Positions 8,214 through 16,260 of a DNA stretch of 26,427 nucleotides are shown here, piece after piece. The notes below the pieces were generated by a model. It had not been told where the DNA came from. It did not search any database and saw only the letters and a program-made list of their open reading frames with translations. Made by a program: the position numbers and the translations under genes. The stretch spans positions 1 through 26,427 of the forward strand of contig JBGPXN010000057.1 in the NCBI GenBank assembly GCA_041492755.1, given 5' to 3'. The stretch is from Candidatus Methylomirabilia bacterium (lineage in GTDB: Bacteria > Methylomirabilota > Methylomirabilia > Rokubacteriales > CSP1-6). The stretch's first letter is position 1. The number at the start of each line of letters is the position of its first letter.

Positions 8214-9455
8214 ATGGCCACGACCCAGCTTCCGCCACTGCTTTCCAGCGACGGCCACCTCGAGGTCCTCCCCGAGCGCTGGACGCCGCACATGGCCGCG
8301 AAGTACAAGGACCAAGCGCCCCGGACCGTCCGGCTCCCGGACGGCGGCGACGCGCTGCTCATCCCGGGTCAAGAGCCCCGTCCGGTGAACTTCATCGACC
8401 TGCGCGGCGGGCGGACCAACGAGACGTGGCAGCCGTTCGGCGTGAAGGTGGAGGACACGGCCGGGGTCGGTCCGCCGGAGCAGCGGGTCCGCGAGCAGGA
8501 CGTCGACGGCCTCGGGGCCGAGGTGCTCTTCCCCAACATGGTGATGGGACCGCGCTACTGGCGCACGATGACCGACGACGACGCCTACCGCGCGGCGGTC
8601 CGCGCGTACAACGACTGGCTCGGGCACGAGTACTGCGCGGTGTCGCGCGACCGGCTGATCGGCCTCGGCGTCATCCCGTGGACGAACGTCGACGATGCCA
8701 TCGCCGAGATGGAGCACTGCGGGCGGCTCGGGCTCAAGGGCGTCATGCTCGGCGTATTCCCCAGCGGCAAGGCGTATCCGACGCCGGAAGACGATCGGTT
8801 CTGGGCGGCGGCCGTCGAGATGCGCATGCCGTTGACCGTCCACGTGGGCTTCGATCGCCAGGGACCGCGGGCGACCCAGCCGACGTTCGAGTATCCGGGC
8901 GCCGATCCTCAGGTCCTCGACAAGGTGGGGCCGCGCAAGATCGTCGACTGGGTCGCGCTGAACTTCATGGGGATGCCGTCGGCGCTCAGCATCACGCAGA
9001 CGATCATGTCCGGCGTGTTCGATCGCTTTCCCGATCTCCGGATCTTCTTCGCGGAGACGCGTCTGGGGTGGGTGCCGTTCTGGATGGAGGAAGCCGACTA
9101 CTGGTACGAGCGGCACCGTCACTGGGCGGCGCGCCTGCTGAACTTCAAGCCGTTGAAACAGCGGCCGAGCGACTACGTGCGCCAGCACGTCTACTTCAGC
9201 GTGCAGCACGTGGAGCGGGTCGCGATCGAGCTGCGGCACCACCTCGGTCCCGAGCACGTGATGTTCGCCACCGACTTCCCGCACATCGAGTGCGACTGGC
9301 CGAACACGCGGCCCTTCGCCGAGCGGCTCTTCGCGGACGTGCCCGGGCCGGAGGCCTACAAGATCGCGGCCGGCAACATGCTCAAGTTCTTCGAGCTCGA
9401 GGACACGCCGATGGGGCGGAAGGTGCGCGCGCAGGCCACGGGCGCCGCCGGGTAG
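8214..9455 (+). CDS. Amidohydrolase family protein (Amidohydro_2; metal-dependent hydrolase/decarboxylase)
   Basis: SSDGHLE, EQDVDG, RAYNDWL, PLTVHV, SGVFDRFPDL...E...GWVP and VMFATDFPH. The start is set at ATG 8214 after the RBS. Confidence 0.93.
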   Translation: MATTQLPPLLSSDGHLEVLPERWTPHMAAKYKDQAPRTVRLPDGGDALLIPGQEPRPVNFIDLRGGRTNETWQPFGVKVEDTAGVGPPEQRVREQDVDGLGAEVLFPNMVMGPRYWRTMTDDDAYRAAVRAYNDWLGHEYCAVSRDRLIGLGVIPWTNVDDAIAEMEHCGRLGLKGVMLGVFPSGKAYPTPEDDRFWAAAVEMRMPLTVHVGFDRQGPRATQPTFEYPGADPQVLDKVGPRKIVDWVALNFMGMPSALSITQTIMSGVFDRFPDLRIFFAETRLGWVPFWMEEADYWYERHRHWAARLLNFKPLKQRPSDYVRQHVYFSVQHVERVAIELRHHLGPEHVMFATDFPHIECDWPNTRPFAERLFADVPGPEAYKIAAGNMLKFFELEDTPMGRKVRAQATGAAG

Positions 9456-9486
9456 GCGGGGCGCCCGTCTTCCGGCGCCAGACGGC

Positions 9487-11025
9487 TCACGGTTTCTTGA
9501 GCCGCATGTCCTCCCAGGGCGCGGTGAAGTAGAGCGTCGGGTTCAGGCCGACCCCGGCCTCCTCGACGCGCGGGCCCACACCGTGCAGCGTGGCCGGCTC
9601 GAAGATCGGGCCGTGCATGACGCGCTCGTGCATCGTGCGCTGGATCTGATGCAGGAGCGCCTCGCGCTTCTTGCGGTCGCGCTCCTGGGCCTGCTGCCGG
9701 AAGAGGTCGTCGATGTCGGGATACCCGCCGTACGCATACGGGCCGGTGCTGATGACGAAGGCCTCGAGGCGGGCAGAGGCGTTGCCCGACGCGGCCGAGA
9801 CCGTCACCAGCACGCCAGAAAGCTTCTTGTTCCGCCAGGCCTCCATGTAGGTCAACCGCTCCATGCTTCGCACCCGGCCGCGAATGCCGACCGCGGCGAG
9901 ATAGTTCGCGACCGCCTCGCCCATCGTGGTGAACGGCGGCAGCGGCGTGATGTCGCCGGCGTCGAAGCCGTTGGGATATCCGGCCTCGGCCAGGAGGCGC
10001 TTGGCGTGCGTCGGGTCGTACGGATGCGGGTCGATTCGCAGCGCAAACTCCATCGTGCTCGGGATGATCGATCCCGTGAGCCGGGAGAATCCCAGCCGCT
10101 CCGCTTCGTTGATCGCCTGCTTGTCCATGGCCATGGTTGCGGCGAGGCGGACGCGTCGATCGGCCCACGGGGACTTCGGATTCCACTGCTCGGGGAACTC
10201 GAGCCACCACGCCGCCGATGAGATGACGCGCAGCAGGCGGAGCTTGGGGTCGGCCTGGACCGTCGCGCCCTCCACCCCGACCATCAGGTAGCCGATGTCC
10301 GCCTCGCCGGTCTTGAGCATGGCCAGCCGCGTGGTGCGGTCGGGGATGCCCTTGATGACGATGCGCTTGATCGAGGGCTTCTTGCGCCAGTACTGCTCGT
10401 TGGCGTCGAGCACGAGCTCGATCCCGGGATTGAAGCGCACGAACCGGTAGGGACCGAGTCCCACCGGCTGCCGCTTGAAGCCTTCTTCACCGACCCTCTC
10501 GACGTACTTCTTCGGCACGATCCACGCGGCGCCGGTGGCCGGCGTGGCATAGAACGAGAGAAAGTCGGGCCAGGGCGACTGCAGTACGAAGCGCACACGG
10601 TACGGGTCCACCACCTCGACGCTCTTCACCCGCTCGTGGAGGAGCTTGGCCGACGAGCCGCGGTAGCGGTGGAAGCTGAACTTCACGTCTTCGGCGGTGA
10701 AGGGATCGCCGTTGTGGAACTTGAGACCTTCCCGGAGCTTGAACTCGTACACGAGCCCGTCCGGGCTCTCCTTCCACGACTCGGCCAGGCACGGCGCCAT
10801 GTTGTTGCCCGGCAGCGGCTTGATGAGCGCGTCGTGCAGGGCGTAGAGGAAGACGAACGGCGTGGCGATCCCCGAGGTCTCGGCGGGATCGAGAAACGAC
10901 GGGGCGATCGAGGCGTCGAAGGCGACGGTCAACTGATCGGCCGGGCTCTGCGCCCCGACCGTCCCGCCCAGCGCCGCGACGAGCAGGAAGGAAACCAGAA
11001 CAACCCGCGCTGTCAGCCGACCCAT
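9487..11025 (-). CDS. ABC transporter substrate-binding protein, family 5 (peptide/nickel)
   Basis: Signal peptide, LAESW..S.DGLVYEFKLREGLKFHNGDPFTAEDVKFS, PVGLGPYRF, DRRVRLA and AKRLLAEAGYPNGF. RBS GGAGG. Confidence 0.95.
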   Translation of the reverse strand: MGRLTARVVLVSFLLVAALGGTVGAQSPADQLTVAFDASIAPSFLDPAETSGIATPFVFLYALHDALIKPLPGNNMAPCLAESWKESPDGLVYEFKLREGLKFHNGDPFTAEDVKFSFHRYRGSSAKLLHERVKSVEVVDPYRVRFVLQSPWPDFLSFYATPATGAAWIVPKKYVERVGEEGFKRQPVGLGPYRFVRFNPGIELVLDANEQYWRKKPSIKRIVIKGIPDRTTRLAMLKTGEADIGYLMVGVEGATVQADPKLRLLRVISSAAWWLEFPEQWNPKSPWADRRVRLAATMAMDKQAINEAERLGFSRLTGSIIPSTMEFALRIDPHPYDPTHAKRLLAEAGYPNGFDAGDITPLPPFTTMGEAVANYLAAVGIRGRVRSMERLTYMEAWRNKKLSGVLVTVSAASGNASARLEAFVISTGPYAYGGYPDIDDLFRQQAQERDRKKREALLHQIQRTMHERVMHGPIFEPATLHGVGPRVEEAGVGLNPTLYFTAPWEDMRLKKP

Positions 11026-11162
11026 GGGGACCTCCTTGGTCTGCGACGAGCACTCATTCCGCCGGCTCGGGGTCGTTCCCCGACGTCCAGTAGGGCGACA
11101 TGGTACCGCGTCGCCCCGGTGTCGGCGACCCCTGGGAGACGGGGGAAGGATCTCCTCGCATG

Positions 11163-11729
11163 CTACTCGGCGGCGCGCACCTCTCGGAGGCGAGCCCCGA
11201 GGATCTCCGTGAGCTGGGCCTCCACCTCCGTGGTGATGAGGCCGACGGCGTCCATGTCCTGGACGTGAACGCGGTCCTTCAGGCGGTAACTCGTCAACTT
11301 CATGCGGACGAGATCGGCGACCGGCGCCAGGAGCACACCTTCAACAGTGCGGGCCGGCGGAGAGAAATCGGGAACGGCCTCGACGTAGTCCGGGCGCATC
11401 TTTTCTCTCACGAAGATCAAGTGCGCCGCGCTCCGGGCCTTTGGGGCCCGAGCATCCACCAGCATGTCGACTCCCGCGGCGTGGCGGTATTCAAAACCGA
11501 ACGGTCGGACGGCCTCGATGATGGCCTGGAACTGGGCCCTGTCCACGGCGATGTCCACGTCCCGCGTCGAACGGGCGGCGAGGGGATCACGCTCGTACAC
11601 GTGAAAGAACACCGCGACGCCGCCCACAACGCGATAGTCGATGCCAGCCCTGGCGAAGGCCTGGCCGAGGCGGCGGACGGTGTCGAACAGTTGCTCCACG
11701 TGGTGATCGTAGGCGGCAATCGTCAGCAC
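11163..11729 (-). CDS. Stand-alone Pol-beta-superfamily nucleotidyltransferase (AbiEii-like motif pattern)
   Basis: YRVVGGVAVFFH...RSTRDVDIAV (GG...R.T.D.D) and a C-terminal L..MKL...R.KD motif. Confidence 0.75.
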   Translation of the reverse strand: MLTIAAYDHHVEQLFDTVRRLGQAFARAGIDYRVVGGVAVFFHVYERDPLAARSTRDVDIAVDRAQFQAIIEAVRPFGFEYRHAAGVDMLVDARAPKARSAAHLIFVREKMRPDYVEAVPDFSPPARTVEGVLLAPVADLVRMKLTSYRLKDRVHVQDMDAVGLITTEVEAQLTEILGARLREVRAAE

Positions 11730-11785
11730 GGGACCCGATTATCACATGGAGCCGCGTGCGTCGATGCGTGGAGCCGTCGCGCCGG

Positions 11786-11944
11786 TCACTGGCCCTTGAG
11801 GCGTATCTCCTCGACCGAGGGGAAGGGGACCAGGTGCATCGAATCGAGCGCGTGCTCGGCCAGCCGCGGGCCCACGCCGCGCAGCGTGCGGTAGTCCATG
11901 ACCGGGGCGAACATCGCCCGGTCGATGCTGATCTGCTGGATCCA
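11786..11944 (-). pseudogene. C-terminal relic (52 codons) of a second family-5 ABC substrate-binding protein
   Basis: WIQQISIDRAMFAPVMDYRTLRGVGPRLAEHALDSMHLVPFPSVEEIRLKGQ* aligns by eye with the end of the intact SBP (QIQRTMHERVMHGPIFEPATLHGVGPRVEEAGVGLNPTLYFTAPWEDMRLKKP*). Confidence 0.78.
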
Positions 11945-11994
11945 CGCGGCTGGCCTATCCCGCCGGCACGTGTCCGTCAATCCGCGCGGCACGG

Positions 11995-13230
11995 TCAGGG
12001 GGCAGACGACGGACGAAAGGCTTCGAGGCGCGGCAGGAGGTCGCGCAGGAGGAGCCGACGCTTGAACGGCAGGACGGTGGCCGGCAGCGTGGCGGCCCGG
12101 ATCGCCAGGTGACGCGGCACGGCGACGATGAGATTCACGCCGCGGACCGCCGCGAGCTTGCCCAGCTTGTCGGCCAGGTACTCCGGCGTCCAGTAGCCGA
12201 CGATCTCGAGCACGACTTCGGTGCCGTCCTTGTGCCGGAACACGAAGTCCGGGACGAGGAGACTGCCGCCGAGATCGAGCACCGCGCCCTCCCGACGGAG
12301 GCGCCAACCCGCGCGGGTGCGCCCGAACTTGGCGGCGATGGCGGCCTCCAGGCTCGAGTCGAACTCGGGTGGGGCAGCCAGGCCGGCGCCAAGCCCGTCG
12401 GCCGAGGTCAGCGAGAAGGTGAGTGGGCGCCAGCCCGGTCGGAGCGCGATGTCGGCCCGCAGCCGCCAGTCGCCGAGGCGCACGAGCGCGGCCAGGAAGC
12501 GCGCGAAGTCGACGCCGTAGATCCGTGTCCTGCGCAGGACGGAGTTCGGGCCGTCCAGCACGAAGCGGTAGCCGTCGCGCTCGGCGCCGCGCCGGGGCGC
12601 GCCGGCGGGGCGACGCGCTCGCCGCGGTCTCTTGCCCATCCGCTCCACCTGGTAGAGGAGGCGGGCCAGGCGGGCGTAGCGGAGGATGTGCTTGAAGTCG
12701 CGGCGCGCCTCGACGGTCACCCGCGTCGCCGAGTACAGGAGGGCCTGGGCCTGGGCGAGGTCGTAATCCGCGCGCAGGGCCTCGGCCGTGTAGTCGGAGG
12801 GAAACGCGCGCAGGCGGTGGAACTCGGGGTAGTCAGCGTAGAGCACGGCCACCGCCTCGGACGCCGCCGGTGGCGACGGGAACACGGTCGCGAGCATCGC
12901 CTGCGTCGCGTCGGCGTCGACCAGCGGGTGGCGCGTGGCGGCGGCCTCGAACAGCTCGACGCGTCGTTCCGCGCACCGCGCCGTGGATGGCCACTCGTAG
13001 CTCGACGCGTCGTCGAGAACCTTCACGACCGGTTCGATCCGATCCGGCCGAAGTCCTTCGAGGGCGTGGCGGGCGGCGTTCCGGACCTGGCCACGCGACT
13101 GGCCGATCCGCTCGCGGTAGACGGCGACGCCGCGCTCGATGACCGGCAGCGACTCGTCGTCGAGCCGGTCAGAAGAGATCGAGCTGGTTTGCCTGTCCCA
13201 GTGATAGACGCGAAGCGCCGCGGTAAGCAT
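11995..13230 (-). CDS. DUF790 family predicted PD-(D/E)xK nuclease (Bax1-like)
   Basis: YDLAQAQALLY, LDGPNS......YGVDFARFL, FDSSLEA, WRLRRE and VPDFVF...VLEIVGYWTPEYLADKL. It follows an XPB-like helicase, the known pairing. Confidence 0.88.
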   Translation of the reverse strand: MLTAALRVYHWDRQTSSISSDRLDDESLPVIERGVAVYRERIGQSRGQVRNAARHALEGLRPDRIEPVVKVLDDASSYEWPSTARCAERRVELFEAAATRHPLVDADATQAMLATVFPSPPAASEAVAVLYADYPEFHRLRAFPSDYTAEALRADYDLAQAQALLYSATRVTVEARRDFKHILRYARLARLLYQVERMGKRPRRARRPAGAPRRGAERDGYRFVLDGPNSVLRRTRIYGVDFARFLAALVRLGDWRLRADIALRPGWRPLTFSLTSADGLGAGLAAPPEFDSSLEAAIAAKFGRTRAGWRLRREGAVLDLGGSLLVPDFVFRHKDGTEVVLEIVGYWTPEYLADKLGKLAAVRGVNLIVAVPRHLAIRAATLPATVLPFKRRLLLRDLLPRLEAFRPSSAP

Positions 13231-14581
13231 CGCTCTGTCCCCGGCGCCGCGCGCGGGCGACGTCCGGAGTCTCCTGAAGGACGACCTCGTAGAGCCGGGC
13301 CGTCCGGTCGCCGGACTTCCGGAGCAGCCGGCCCAGGCGCTGCACGGCCTCGCGGACGCCCTTGTCGCCGCCGAGAACGACGCCGACCTTCACGGCGGGC
13401 GCGTCCCAGCCCTCGTTGAGCACCTGGCACGCGGCCAGCGCCTTGATGCGGCCGGCGGCGAAGGCGTCGAGCACCCGGTTGCGCTCGTGCTTGTCGGAGT
13501 GCGAGGTGAGCGCGGGAATGAGAAAGCGGGCCGAGACGTCCAGCGCCATCCGGTTCGACGCGGTGAAGACGATCAACGACTCGTCGGGATGCAGGCGGAA
13601 CACGTCCTCGAGCACGCGCAGCTTCTCCGCCGACCGGTTCACGATGGCGAGCTTGCGCCGCCAGCGCCGGAGCACCTCGCGCGCCTCGGGATCGGTGCGG
13701 GAGCGCCGCGCCATCTCCTTCCAGTCGAACGCGCCGTCTTCGCGCCGGCGGGCCGCGACGTAGTGGCGGATGCTGCGCGACAGCTCGTCGAACTCGGCCT
13801 GCTCGGTCTCGGTGAGGTAGATCGGCACCCGCACGATCGAGTAGTCGGCCACCGTCCGGCCCCGCGCCTGGTCGAGCGTCTCTTCGTAGACGACGGGTCC
13901 GATCAGCTCCGCGAGCATGCCGTCGCGGCCATCGGCGCGCCACGGGGTGGCGCTGAGACCCAGCCGCAACGGCGCCAGGCAATCGAGCGCGCTCTCGTGC
14001 TGGACCGGCCCCGGCAGGTGATGGGCCTCGTCGTAGACGATCAACCGGTAACGGTTGCCGATGTCCTTCATGTGGATCCACGCGCTGTCGTACGTGGTCA
14101 CGGTGATCGGCCAGATCTCCTGGCGGCCGTCACCGAGCACGCCGGCCTCGAAGCCGAGCCCCTGCCGGATGCGGCGCTGCCACTGGTACATCAGGTCGCG
14201 CAGGGGCGCGACGACGAGCGTGGGCGCCTGGTACCGGGCCGCGATCGCCAGCGCGATCTCGGTCTTGCCGGTGCCGGTGGGTTTGACGACGACCCCACGG
14301 CCGCCCGCGCCTTCCCACGCGTCGATGGCCGCCTGCTGGTCGGCCCGCAGGGGCGGCAGCGCGACTCGGAGTGTCGGAGACGGGAAGAAGTGCTCGGCGC
14401 CGTCGGCGATCTGAAGCCGATAGGTCGCCGCGTCCTCGCGCACGCGCCCGTGGTTGATCGCGGCGGTCCGCCAGCCCCCCACGCGCTCGTCCCAGACGAA
14501 GTAAGGCGGAACCCGCGCCGTCGCCGGCGCATCCAGGCGCAGCGAGCCCCGATCGAAAGTGAGCGCGTGCGGGCACGCCAC
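13169..14581 (-). CDS. XPB/Rad25(Ssl2)-like superfamily 2 DNA helicase
   Basis: LRADQQAA (Q motif), PTGTGKT, VTTYDSA, DEAHH, LGLSATP, VLNEGWD and QRLGRLLR. The protein ends ...NQLDLF. Confidence 0.92.
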   Translation of the reverse strand: MACPHALTFDRGSLRLDAPATARVPPYFVWDERVGGWRTAAINHGRVREDAATYRLQIADGAEHFFPSPTLRVALPPLRADQQAAIDAWEGAGGRGVVVKPTGTGKTEIALAIAARYQAPTLVVAPLRDLMYQWQRRIRQGLGFEAGVLGDGRQEIWPITVTTYDSAWIHMKDIGNRYRLIVYDEAHHLPGPVQHESALDCLAPLRLGLSATPWRADGRDGMLAELIGPVVYEETLDQARGRTVADYSIVRVPIYLTETEQAEFDELSRSIRHYVAARRREDGAFDWKEMARRSRTDPEAREVLRRWRRKLAIVNRSAEKLRVLEDVFRLHPDESLIVFTASNRMALDVSARFLIPALTSHSDKHERNRVLDAFAAGRIKALAACQVLNEGWDAPAVKVGVVLGGDKGVREAVQRLGRLLRKSGDRTARLYEVVLQETPDVARARRRGQSDAYRGASRLSLGQANQLDLF

Positions 14582-14699
14582 GCCGTATGTCTATCGGAGC
14601 GCGGCCGGCGATGCAAGCGGATCGCGCACGCCGCCGCCTCGACCACGAAGACGGTACCGGTCGCCCGGCCAGCCCGAACGCGTCTGCTGTCGTGAACAC

Positions 14700-14735
14700 T
14701 TGCGCGGCTCGAGGCCAGGCCGGTACGTTGTCGAG
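14700..14735 (+). promoter_or_regulatory. Candidate leaderless promoter of the DUF4258/YgiT pair
   Basis: TTGCGC(14700-14705)-N18-TACGTT(14724-14729)-6 nt-GTG(14736). Confidence 0.4.
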
Positions 14736-15056
14736 GTGGATTATTCGCTGATCCGAGCATGTTTGGCCGACTGTCGCTTCACGGACCATGCTCGCCGCGA
14801 GATGGAGGCCGAGCGCCTCGGGGTCATTCGCGCCGAAGACGCTTTACTGGCCCTCGAAGCGGGTGAGATCATTGAAGAGTACCCGGATGACCAGCCGTAT
14901 CCGAGCTGTCTGATTCTCGGACGGACGAAGAGCGGGCGGCCTCTTCACGTTGTTTGCGCACCAGTCGCGGCCGACCGCCGGTTGATTGTCATCACGATCT
15001 ATGAGCCGGACCGAGCTCGATGGGACACGGAATTCCGGCGGCGGAGGACGGGATGA
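14736..15056 (+). CDS. DUF4258-domain protein (putative TA-system RNase toxin)
   Basis: FTDHARREM...GEIIEEYPDDQPYPSCLILG...GRPLHVVCA...VITIYEPD...W...FRRR is the typical DUF4258 pattern. The GTG start at 14736 is inferred. Confidence 0.85.
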   Translation: MDYSLIRACLADCRFTDHARREMEAERLGVIRAEDALLALEAGEIIEEYPDDQPYPSCLILGRTKSGRPLHVVCAPVAADRRLIVITIYEPDRARWDTEFRRRRTG

Positions 15057-15280
15057 AGTGCGTGATCTGTAAAGCCGGCGACGTTCAACCCGGGCGGGTA
15101 GAGGCTGAGGTCAAGGTCGGCTCGGATCGGCTCATCGTGAGTCTCTGGACGGAGCGCTGTTCGGAGTGCGGTGAGGCGTATTACTCGGCCGAGGACTTGC
15201 GAAAGCTCGAAGGTCTGCGGGGGGACTTCGCCCGGAACGCCATCAGCCCGGACTGCGTTGGACGCGTCTACAGGGCATAG
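15053..15280 (+). CDS. YgiT-type (MqsA N-terminal-like) zinc-finger protein, putative antitoxin
   Basis: ATGA overlap with the DUF4258 stop. MKCVICK...CSECGEAYY (two CxxC motifs), 75 aa, no HTH domain. Confidence 0.85.
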   Translation: MKCVICKAGDVQPGRVEAEVKVGSDRLIVSLWTERCSECGEAYYSAEDLRKLEGLRGDFARNAISPDCVGRVYRA

Positions 15281-15384
15281 ACGCTGCGCGGCCTCACCGG
15301 CCGTGCAACGCACCCGGTCCGCCGCCGGCTCAGGACCTAGCGGGATTCCTCTTGGCCGTGTTACACCAAGGCCGGGAGGACTCG

Positions 15385-16227
15385 ATGACCAGCTTCACGG
15401 GGCAGGTCATCCTCATCACGGGCGCGTCGTCGGGGATCGGGGCTGCGCTGGCTCGGGAGTTCGCGCGGGCCGGCGCCGATCTCGTGCTTGCCGCCCGGCG
15501 GATCGAGCGGCTCGAGCACGTGCGTGCCGCGGTCGAGCGCGCGGGCCGGCGGGCCGTCGTCGTGGCCTGTGACGTCACCGTCGACGGTGACGTGGAGAAG
15601 GTCGTCGAAGTCGCCCGCCAGACGTTCGGCCGCCTGGACGTGGTGGTGGCAAACGCCGGCTACGGTGTCGTCGGTCCGGTGGAGCGGCTGAGCCTCGACG
15701 ACTACCGCCGTCAGTTCGAGACCAACGTCTTCGGCGTGCTCCGCACGGTGTACGCGACTCTTCCCGACCTCAAGGCCTCGCGCGGCCGTCTGGTGCTCAT
15801 CGGGAGTGTCAACGGCTACGTGGCCCCGCCCGGCACCGCGCCCTATGCCATGAGCAAGTTCGCCGTGCGTGCGCTCGCGGAAGCGCTGGGACACGAGCTC
15901 ACGGCGACGGGCGTCTCGGTCGTGCTCATCAGTCCGGGGTTCGTCGCCTCCGAGATCCGGCAAGTGGACAACCGCGGCGTCTGGCACCCCGAGCCCGCCG
16001 TGGGTCCGCCGCGCTGGCTCGTCATGCCCGCGGACCGCGCCGCGCGGCAAATCGTCCGCGCGGTCGCGCGCCGCCGCCGCGAAGCGGTGATCACGGCGCT
16101 CGGCAAGTTCGCGGTATTCGTGCAGCGGCACGTGCCGGGGCTGGTCGCGATGGTCCTGCGCCGCGCGCGGATCCGCGGCCGCGGCGAGCCCGCCGCCGCG
16201 CGCACGACGCCCGCTCAGCGGGTCTAG
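15385..16227 (+). CDS. SDR family oxidoreductase
   Basis: TGASSGIG, VVANAG, FETNVFG and YAMSK. RBS GGGAGG precedes the ATG at 15385. Confidence 0.93.
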   Translation: MTSFTGQVILITGASSGIGAALAREFARAGADLVLAARRIERLEHVRAAVERAGRRAVVVACDVTVDGDVEKVVEVARQTFGRLDVVVANAGYGVVGPVERLSLDDYRRQFETNVFGVLRTVYATLPDLKASRGRLVLIGSVNGYVAPPGTAPYAMSKFAVRALAEALGHELTATGVSVVLISPGFVASEIRQVDNRGVWHPEPAVGPPRWLVMPADRAARQIVRAVARRRREAVITALGKFAVFVQRHVPGLVAMVLRRARIRGRGEPAAARTTPAQRV

Positions 16228-16260
16228 TGACATGGGAACCCCGGACATGGTCCTCGCGAG

